Below, piece by piece: positions 59,301-64,000 of a stretch of 64,000 nucleotides of DNA. Within the stretch, counting starts at the first letter, position 1. Each line of letters starts with the position of its first letter. The translations under genes were made by a program, and so were the position numbers. Under the pieces are notes generated by a model. The model saw only the letters and a list, made by a program, of their open reading frames with translations. It was not told the DNA's origin and did not search any database. The DNA comes from Podarcis muralis (Eukaryota). The stretch covers positions 61,504,001 to 61,568,000 of the forward strand of contig NC_135660.1 in assembly GCF_964188315.1 (NCBI RefSeq). The letters are read 5' to 3'.

Positions 59301-60498
59301 GATATGATAGTAAATGTTTTTAGATGTCAAGTACCACAGGTCATTTTTCTTCTTCTTGTTTAAGGGTATCTATCTCCCTTTGTGGACAATTAGGCAGACT
59401 GCTTCTTTGTCTTGATCCTACTTAGCCATTCTTTATGTCCCCCCCCCCCTTCTGTAGGCAAATTAGCGTACAGTCAACTTCAACTTGTAAATAAAGCTGT
59501 AGACTTCTCTGTGTAGTCTCGTACAATACCAAACAACTGCTGTTCATTTTGGAGGCTAGCCAGCAGCAATTAAGCAAAATGCATCACTGAGACAGTGCTA
59601 GCCTCCGTTTCTCTCTGAATATGAAAAGACCATATCTTCTTGAAGATGTAAATGATTCCAGCTAATGAAACTGTAAATATTTTTTTGACCAGTCCTGTCA
59701 CTTCACCTCCTCTGTCACCGTTAATCGGTACTTTACATCATGGAACACTAAGAAATGTGTCTTGATTCAGGGAGACCATCCATTTGGCTGTAGATGCTCT
59801 AGAGAAACTTGAACTATTCCTTCCTTGACCACATTTAGTTGCCATAGTAATATGATATGAATTATTACTGCCATAGCACTGCGAGAAAAAAATTGCCAAT
59901 CTGAATTCCTGCACATTTCCCATTCATTTCCAAGGTGGTGAGCATCTGACCGTAGGAATCTTGTTAAAACAAACAACTAATGACTGTTAAAATACAATTA
60001 CTCCAGTTAATATCATTCTTCTCTGTAAAGATAAAATTTAAGAAATGTGTTAGGTCCTAGTACATTTAAAAAAGAAGAAGATCCTTGTACGTTTTTAAAA
60101 ATTAAAAATAGTGTTGCAAGCCTACAAGTTATGTAACTTTATGGGTGCACATGAATGGTGTTTTGTGATGCATTATGTATGTGTGTTTGTGTGTATAGTA
60201 CAGCATATGCAAATACGTAATGTAGATTTTATACAAGTTATTGCCTGTAAAAATATGTTAAAACTACACCAGCTCCTCCAATTTGTTTTGACAGGTTTCT
60301 CTTAATATTGCTCTGGAGGCCTTTATGATCAAGCCATCTAGCTTCATGGGGATGACTTGCACTGCCTTCCAGAAAATATCTGCAGATCCAGACAGGTCAC
60401 TGAGCCGCAACACAGGGAACAGGGAGACAGACCAACGTTTGAATTTTAAGTGCAATGCTGGCAGTCATAGTGCCTCTGTGGTTAATTTCTCTCCAATG
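5405..60498 (+). CDS. ADGRA1: Partial multi-exon gene (8 internal exons) for an ADGRA-family adhesion GPCR ectodomain (LRR-LRRCT-Ig-HRM-GAIN); probably long-form ADGRA1/GPR123
   Basis: Exons 5405-5476, 9398-9561, 30085-30298, 46946-47110, 52472-52670, 54050-54199, 56502-56663 and 60295-60498 splice in frame (phases 2,2,1,2,2,0,0,0,0) without stops. Motifs such as [45 protein letters not shown] and NIALEAF are diagnostic of ADGRA2/ADGRA3-like receptors. Family call is secure; the paralog symbol is inferred by exclusion and sets the confidence. Confidence 0.6.
6018..6289 (-). mobile_element. CR1-type 3' end fragment interrupted by a hAT MITE
   Basis: Reverse complement of ...gggttggactagatg...ctctacaattctatg CR1 tail on both sides of the MITE. 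Confidence 0.65.
6109..6244. mobile_element. hAT (Charlie-like) MITE
   Basis: TIRs cagtgtttcccaacc/gttgggaaacactg, internal palindrome, perfect 8-bp TSD tcatacat. Confidence 0.9.
6978..7262 (-). mobile_element. tRNA-derived squamate SINE interrupted by a hAT MITE
   Basis: Minus strand gggccatagctcagtagag... A box and aggtcccaagttcaatccc B-box-like head, tail ...gataatactgagctag. Confidence 0.7.
7011..7113. mobile_element. hAT MITE with left TIR partly deleted
   Basis: ggactacaattcccatcatccc...gggatgatgggagttgtag core, perfect 8-bp TSD atctacac (7003-7010, 7114-7121). Confidence 0.88.
8233..8588 (+). mobile_element. Sauria SINE, full length
   Basis: gggacgcgggtggc start, accttt tail, TSD tacatgccatt/tacatgtcatt. 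Confidence 0.93.
8600..9137 (+). mobile_element. Degenerate LTR-like remnant (3' part)
   Basis: gtgaataaatcata polyA-like site and ...ggggtggcatgcaaca end resemble lacertid LTR ends as recalled; 5' boundary and TSD not found. Confidence 0.35.
9398..9561 (+). CDS. ADGRA-family exon: LRR C-terminal cap ([15 protein letters not shown]...ENQLMC)
   Basis: tttcag acceptor, gtgagt donor, 164 bp, CDC..W..C.P..L..C LRRCT pattern; inside ORF 9354-9596. Confidence 0.95.
11280..11405 (+). mobile_element. CR1-type 3' end remnant
   Basis: ...agaacagaatgttggactagatggacc...; a similar remnant lies at about 54560-54690. Confidence 0.5.
13541..13819 (+). mobile_element. Sauria SINE, 5'-truncated, second subfamily
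   Basis: Shared core but a distinct 3' half (gtgtctgcggacagcgctggcccccgg...ggcccgtacgggcaggggtacc) and accttt tail. Confidence 0.88.
14110..14660 (-). mobile_element. L2-clade LINE 3' remnant, old
   Basis: Minus strand agggcctct...ctcccatattgtggcattccctc...ccttcctatttagaaaggcc resembles the L2 RAFS..APxLWNSLP terminal region; boundaries approximate. Confidence 0.45.
14676..14720. repeat. (GA)n microsatellite
   Basis: About 22 GA units. Confidence 0.95.
14978..15162. mobile_element. hAT MITE
   Basis: Degenerate TIRs cggagtagtcaacc/ttgacaacccctg; TSD aactaggt/agctaggt. Confidence 0.75.
16799..17177 (-). mobile_element. Solo LTR (379 bp)
   Basis: TG...CA ends with short inverted termini tgttggg/cctaaca, perfect 5-bp TSD catct, AATAAA on the minus strand. 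Confidence 0.85.
17711..18028 (-). mobile_element. Sauria SINE with 3' internal deletion and altered 5' head
   Basis: taaaaggtaaagggacccc...tgcgtccc reverse copy; lacks about 35 bp after gaccattagg. Confidence 0.9.
20040..20149 (+). mobile_element. L2-type extreme 3' end fragment
   Basis: ggaagccacccagagtggctggg...cagccagatgggcgaggtataaat(tat)n, the same tail as the copy at 38028-38306; another fragment at about 27990-28038. Confidence 0.6.
20150..20718 (-). mobile_element. BovB LINE 3' fragment
   Basis: Reverse match to 2517-3081; minus ORFs [25 protein letters not shown] and [12 protein letters not shown]. Confidence 0.93.
21758..21792. repeat. (GT)n-(AC)n compound microsatellite
   Basis: (GT)5 directly followed by about (AC)12. 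Confidence 0.9.
24005..24345 (+). mobile_element. Sauria SINE
   Basis: Near full length; perfect 10-bp TSD tatggttcag (23995-24004, 24346-24355). Confidence 0.93.
28121..28610. mobile_element. hAT (Charlie-like) non-autonomous element
   Basis: TIRs tagtgattttcaacc/gattgaaaacctctg; TSD agctagta/agctagag. Confidence 0.75.
30085..30298 (+). CDS. ADGRA-family exon: Ig-like domain, first part ([29 protein letters not shown]...HDCCLITR)
   Basis: cctacag acceptor, gtaata donor, 214 bp; matches the ADGRA Ig exon; overlaps ORF 30114-30302. Confidence 0.95.
34040..34494. mobile_element. GC-rich hAT-type MITE containing a 33-bp minisatellite
   Basis: Perfect 8-bp TSD cctagact (34032-34039, 34495-34502); degenerate cag...ctg termini. 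Confidence 0.75.
35169..35410 (+). mobile_element. Tc1/mariner (Tigger-like) MITE
   Basis: TIRs cagtggtacctc/gaggtgccactg flanked by TA on both sides. Confidence 0.9.
36198..36553 (+). mobile_element. Sauria SINE
   Basis: Full length; TSD taaacattaca; unusual repeated/palindromic sequence at the 5' junction. Confidence 0.93.
38028..38306 (+). mobile_element. L2-clade LINE 3' end with (TAT)n tail
   Basis: agggccttcttggtagtggcacccaccctgtggaacgcccttcc encodes an [16 protein letters not shown]2 ORF2 C-terminal motif; about 15 TAT units at the end. Confidence 0.8.
38599..38956 (+). mobile_element. Sauria SINE
   Basis: Full length; perfect 13-bp TSD cctgctagatcta. Confidence 0.95.
39781..40105 (+). 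mobile_element. Degenerate tRNA-derived SINE (same family as 6978-7262) interrupted by a hAT MITE
   Basis: tttgcatgccaaaggtccc... head and ...gacagtgctgagctaaatg...ctcagtataacatagcttcctgtgtt tail. Confidence 0.6.
39920..40053. mobile_element. hAT MITE
   Basis: cagggcttcccaaacttgggtctccagc...gctggagactcaagtttgagaaaccc; TSD not intact. Confidence 0.85.
41410..41749 (+). mobile_element. Sauria SINE
   Basis: Full length with small internal deletion; perfect 15-bp TSD tatgtgtataggtta (41394-41408, 41750-41764). Confidence 0.95.
42717..42860. repeat. Fold-back inverted repeat (65-bp arms, 14-bp spacer)
   Basis: 42717-42781 and 42796-42860 are reverse complements with 2 mismatches. Confidence 0.95.
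42863..43080 (+). mobile_element. Tc1/mariner MITE with rearranged left end
   Basis: acctcaggttac...gaggtaccactg+TA; same family as 35169-35410; its left TIR tip lies inverted at 42782-42795. Confidence 0.88.
43451..43750. mobile_element. GC-rich hAT MITE (300 bp)
   Basis: TIRs cagagccgactt/aagacggccctg; perfect 8-bp TSD gtcactat. Confidence 0.88.
44884..45296. mobile_element. hAT-type non-autonomous element
   Basis: TIRs caaggctggattta/taaatccggcactg; perfect 8-bp TSD tgtggaag. Confidence 0.85.
45536..45952 (-). mobile_element. LTR-like sequence, probable solo LTR
   Basis: Minus strand begins tgttattggg and contains aataaagaagatattc...gtgaatccggtgctcacaac; no matching TSD found, left boundary uncertain. 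Confidence 0.45.
46527..46742. mobile_element. Palindromic MITE-like element
   Basis: 28-bp inverted repeats at 46550-46577 and 46684-46711; cagta.../...tactg outer ends. Confidence 0.55.
46946..47110 (+). CDS. ADGRA-family exon: Ig C-terminal strands and start of HRM ([19 protein letters not shown]...[15 protein letters not shown])
   Basis: ttgtag acceptor, gtatgg donor, 165 bp; Ig WEC motif; overlaps ORF 46956-47144. Confidence 0.95.
49845..49980. mobile_element. hAT MITE
   Basis: tagggtttcccaaacttgg/ccaagtttgggaatccctg; TSD gtttagcg/gtttagag. Confidence 0.88.
50091..50261. mobile_element. hAT MITE with internal 22-bp G-rich tandem repeat
   Basis: Perfect 16-bp TIR cagtggcgtagcgtgg/ccacgctacgccactg; perfect 8-bp TSD cactgtct. 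Confidence 0.92.
50600..50958 (+). mobile_element. L2-clade LINE 3' end
   Basis: ORF 50508-50759 contains [36 protein letters not shown], an L2 ORF2 C-terminal motif. Confidence 0.75.
52296..52417. mobile_element. Diverged hAT MITE
   Basis: taggggtggtgaacat/atgttcgctactcctg; perfect 8-bp TSD gtgcacag. Confidence 0.8.
52472..52670 (+). CDS. ADGRA-family exon: hormone receptor motif ([14 protein letters not shown]...[10 protein letters not shown]...ECPY...HAFSQ)
   Basis: ttgtag acceptor, gtaaaa donor, 199 bp, translated by hand; W-P-x-T, C, W-R-x-C, W, C pattern of the HRM domain. Not in the ORF track. Confidence 0.93.
53380..53640 (+). mobile_element. Possible DIRS/LTR terminal-repeat remnant
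   Basis: ...ccaaacctac...caataaagttgtgg...tgtcctgtgtttcatt resembles squamate retroelement termini as recalled; not bounded by a TSD. Confidence 0.3.
54050..54199 (+). CDS. ADGRA-family exon: GAIN subdomain A ([15 protein letters not shown]...[12 protein letters not shown]...DEIKD)
   Basis: T-rich tract then ttccag acceptor, gtaaga donor, 150 bp phase 0-0; ORF 54050-54244. Confidence 0.93.
55032..55363 (-). mobile_element. Sauria SINE
   Basis: Reverse copy with slightly truncated head; TSD aaaaaatag. Confidence 0.92.
55453..55590. mobile_element. Diverged hAT MITE
   Basis: gctgaactac...agttcagc palindromic core; TSD atctacat/atacacat. Confidence 0.65.
55718..56015. mobile_element. CpG-rich 298-bp insertion, possibly an LTR-type solo element
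   Basis: TG...CA ends flanked by ggag/ggag; much higher CpG content than its surroundings. Confidence 0.4.
56502..56663 (+). CDS. ADGRA-family exon: GAIN ([41 protein letters not shown]...VISK)
   Basis: Long pyrimidine tract then ccag acceptor, gtattt donor, 162 bp; inside ORF 56433-56789. Confidence 0.95.
57088..57328 (-). mobile_element. Tc1/mariner MITE
   Basis: TA-cagtggtacctc...gaggtaccactg-TA; opposite orientation to the other two copies. Confidence 0.9.
57751..58032. mobile_element. hAT (Charlie-like) MITE
   Basis: TIRs cagtggttcccaa/ttgggaaccactg; TSD ttttaaac/atctaaac. Confidence 0.82.
60295..60498 (+). CDS. ADGRA-family exon: GAIN ([27 protein letters not shown]...QRLNFKCN...NFSPM)
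   Basis: ttttgacag acceptor, gtaagt donor, 204 bp; overlaps ORF 60325-60561. Confidence 0.93.
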
Positions 60499-61353
60499 GT
60501 AAGTGGTATAACCAATGAATACACTGAATTTATACATAAAATAGTTTGCATTTTGCACTGAAAGCAGCATTTGGAGCAATGAGGATAAGTGATCTGAAAT
60601 GATGAATTGAACTTCCTTCTGGTTTTGCAAGTGCATTGGCAATATTTCTTACAGAACTGTGTGCGTCGATTTAAGGACACACCCCTAATGCTTGATGTTG
60701 AATCCTAAATGTTGCATTGGTTGAATGGTGAGAACAATGAAAATAGTGTGAAAGCATGTGGGACTTTTTGTGGTATGAAAGTAAACTGGACTGAAATGCC
60801 ATCAAACCTATGGCCTCCAGCAAAAATAGTTGCAGGCATTCTGATCCTGGCCCAGGGACAAGGTGGACCAAAGCTGATTAAATCCATCTAAGTCTAATTT
60901 ATGGAGTAAATGTATGGTTTACTCAGGGTTCACTTGATCTATTAGTAGTAGTAATATTGAATAAATATATTTGCTTTTGTCTCAAGTTTATGATTTTGCC
61001 AAAGGATGTAGGTATATATTGAATGTATGTAGGAATCAGGATTATCTTCCCTTTACTAGAAAGCAGAAGTATATAAAAGCATCCAGATATTGAAAAAGAG
61101 TTGCTAGTTGTGAGAGGATTTGCTGCTGTTTGTTCAGCTGTGATTAGGAATTGTTTTATGTAATTTCCTGTTTGTTATGTACTGTTTCCTTAATGATGTA
61201 TATTGAATGTTTATATGAGGCACTTTGAAAAAAATTGCAAAAGGGGGTTCATCATATATTCAGATGATTTGAGCAATGCTAGACAAGTGACAAAAAAATA
61301 TTAAACCATGTTTGGAAAGGCACTTCTATTTTATGAAATGTAGCGAATAATAT

Positions 61354-61687
61354 NNNNNNNNNNNNNNNNNNNNNNNNNNNNNNNNNNNNNNNNNNNNNNN
61401 NNNNNNNNNNNNNNNNNNNNNNNNNNNNNNNNNNNNNNNNNNNNNNNNNNNNNNNNNNNNNNNNNNNNNNNNNNNNNNNNNNNNNNNNNNNNNNNNNNNN
61501 NNNNNNNNNNNNNNNNNNNNNNNNNNNNNNNNNNNNNNNNNNNNNNNNNNNNNNNNNNNNNNNNNNNNNNNNNNNNNNNNNNNNNNNNNNNNNNNNNNNN
61601 NNNNNNNNNNNNNNNNNNNNNNNNNNNNNNNNNNNNNNNNNNNNNNNNNNNNNNNNNNNNNNNNNNNNNNNNNNNNNNNNNNNNNNN
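61354..61687. other. Assembly gap (334 N)
   Basis: Run of n characters. Confidence 1.
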
Positions 61688-62277
61688 TCTAAGAAAGCAA
61701 ACAGACACGAGTTCCTTAGTGGGATGTATTATTTGTATTGAATAATGAAGCAGAACAATTAGATTCTGATCCAGTGCTAAATAGAATTTTGCATTTGGTT
61801 GAGCATGTTATTGAATTTAGAGTGTTCCAAGTTGAAGTTCTTGTTATCCTTGAACGGAATCTTATTTTAATAGGCTTAGTTTTTGAAGTTTTGAAGTATT
61901 CTGTGTATTATAGAACATTTCCCAAGCAAATGTTGAAAAGCTGGTTCTGGAACTCCTCAAAATCTTTAAATGTGGTCATCCCTCCTTTACCCTTCTGTGC
62001 TTTTCAGTTTCTGAGAGAAATGTGGCGCCCGTTGTTTCAGTGATTACTTTTTAAAAACCCATCTGAAAAGCCACATCTCAGCATTGCGGGATGTGCCATA
62101 ATAGAACAGCTCTTAACAAGTGAAATACTGCATATATTTTCTGTAATCTTTTAGAAAGTATTCAAAATGGTCCTGTTTTTGAGGAGGATGGATTCTGTCC
62201 TATCCTTCCTACTGATGTTTCTTCATGCTAGTTCAGTTGAATGCAATCTTGGATTAAGATTTTATTTTAATCAACCC

Positions 62278-62431
62278 TGTGGCACAATGGGCCAATACAT
62301 CTGGCTGTTTAACCAGGAGGTTGGAGGCTAGAGCCCACACAGAGATGGCTGTGGGCAGGATTTGTGCATTGCAAGGGGTTGGACTAGATGACCCTCAGGG
62401 TCCCTTCCAATTCTCCAATTCTGTGATTCAC
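62278..62431 (+). mobile_element. tRNA-headed SINE with CR1-like 3' tail
   Basis: gtggcacaatgg...aggttggaggctagagccc head, then ggggttggactagatgaccctcagggtcccttccaattc...attctgtgattc; tail-only copy at about 26390-26445. Confidence 0.6.
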
Positions 62432-64000
62432 TCCATACCTCCCAGGGTTGTTGTGGGGATTAGATGAAGGGGGGGGGGAACCATGTACATCACCTTGAGA
62501 AAAAGGTGGGATGCAAATGAAAAAAGGGGGGGGGGAGGAAATGTATTTAAAAAGCAAGCCAACCCCCATGCATGTTAAAAACAAGGAAACATTTTATGTC
62601 AGGTGCTGTAGGCCCTACTTGGCTTTAGGCAAAGGCAGTGAGGATGGAGGCCCAGTAACATGGCTGAGCACACAGCACTCTAGTTTGGAGGTGGCACTGC
62701 AGTCTCTTCCCCATTATACCAGTATCCTTCATTCTCATGTTGCTGTTGCAGGAGGAAATCTTCCCATTTTAGGAGATTGTCCATGTGCCACGTTAAATGG
62801 TTTCACTGGTGCCAGGGACTATAGGAGTAAAACAGAGAGAAGGTGGGGATGATCTAGCACTGTGTTGGATGTTCTTTCCACTTTTCTCTCTGCTGCGACC
62901 TTGTTCTTCAAGCAAGCCACAGAGGCCAATGCCAACCAGCCAGCCAGGGAATTGTGCCATCTCATTTCTAAGTGCTGTTGTGTGTTGTAACCAGAGCAAA
63001 ACATTTGTTCATATTTTTCAGGTACAGAAAATTAACATTTTCTCCAAATATGTTTGCTTGCCAAGTACTGATGCCTCTTTCTTTTTCTTATGACAAAGCA
63101 AAAATGGAAAACAAGTGATTAGATTCCCTTCCTACCCAAGACCATGCCTGGCATCTTATCTTAACCTATGGCAGAACATTTTGTTTGAAAAAAAACTTGG
63201 CAGTATATCGCTATATAAAGAGCTTTAGCAAAGTTTAATCTTTTCTTCCGTGTTTTTGCCCATGTTTGTTGAAAACGTCCAAGCCAATATTTTTGGCCAG
63301 GCTTGGATTGTCATGACTTGTTTCAGTGAACTAAATATTTTGCAGGTGAAATTTTCAGAAAAGTACAACAGAAAGCCCTTTTTTTGGTTCCATAATTGAA
63401 AAGGTAAAGTTTAATTCAGAATATTCAGTTAAACTGGAATCCATGTTATGCCTTGCTGCTATAGCAGGTCTTCTTAAAGTACGTGAAACAGTTATGTTTG
63501 CATAATTTCATAATTCATTGATTTTCTAACTGTTCTCATTGGGGTGGGGGGGTGGGGCGACGACGACAAGGCCGTTGCCTGCATCCATTTATCTCAAAGT
63601 CACCACACATGCAAAATTAGTTTTATCAAAATACCGAATTAGTAAAATCTTTATTATTTCCTTATCATAAAACCAAAACCAAAGGAAAACTAAAGCTGCA
63701 TAAAAAGAAAATGAAAAGTGGCAGAAAGGGCAAATGTTTGTTTCAGTAACAAAGTATTCCTTTTGTTGGCGATCCGTGTGAAAGCTCTGAGCTGCATTTA
63801 TTGAAAAACAGAAACAAAAACTTTTACACAATAGTTTCCCATTGTGGGGGAGATGATTCTGACATTGTTATATGCTTCTTGGAAGACTTCTTCAACTAAA
63901 TACCTGCAAGTGGCAATGGCTACTTATCTGATCCAGGGTGGGTGGCAGTTGTGGCCCATCACAGGCTTCCTCCGATTTCCCCAGAGCTGATAAAATGTCT

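Noticed and set aside
61331-61708. ORF spanning X residues
   Set aside because: Artefact of the N gap.

Overview
Eukaryotic genomic DNA from a squamate reptile, most likely a lacertid lizard (Podarcis-like), inferred from abundant Sauria SINEs and BovB LINEs. The whole window lies inside one large + strand gene of the ADGRA adhesion-GPCR family (GPR123/124/125). Eight consecutive internal coding exons (72, 164, 214, 165, 199, 150, 162 and 204 bp; 1330 bp total) have canonical AG/GT sites, compatible phases and no stops. They encode the last LRR, LRRCT, Ig, hormone-receptor motif and the first part of the GAIN domain. By eye the protein is about equally distant from recalled human ADGRA2 and ADGRA3 and mixes their exon lengths, so it is probably the third paralog, ADGRA1, in a full-ectodomain form that human ADGRA1 lacks (inference). 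The 5' exons and the remaining GAIN/7TM exons were not found in the window. Introns are packed with mobile elements: 9 Sauria SINEs, 2 BovB fragments, L2 and CR1 remnants, about a dozen hAT-type MITEs (most with 8-bp TSDs), 3 Tc1/mariner MITEs and at least one solo LTR. The most unusual non-coding structures are a 65-bp-arm fold-back inverted duplication at a mariner end (42717-42860), a palindromic templated insert at a SINE 5' junction (36135-36197), and two hAT MITEs at the same site of the same SINE family. There is a 334-nt assembly gap at 61354-61687. No CRISPR arrays, rRNA or true tRNA genes were seen.
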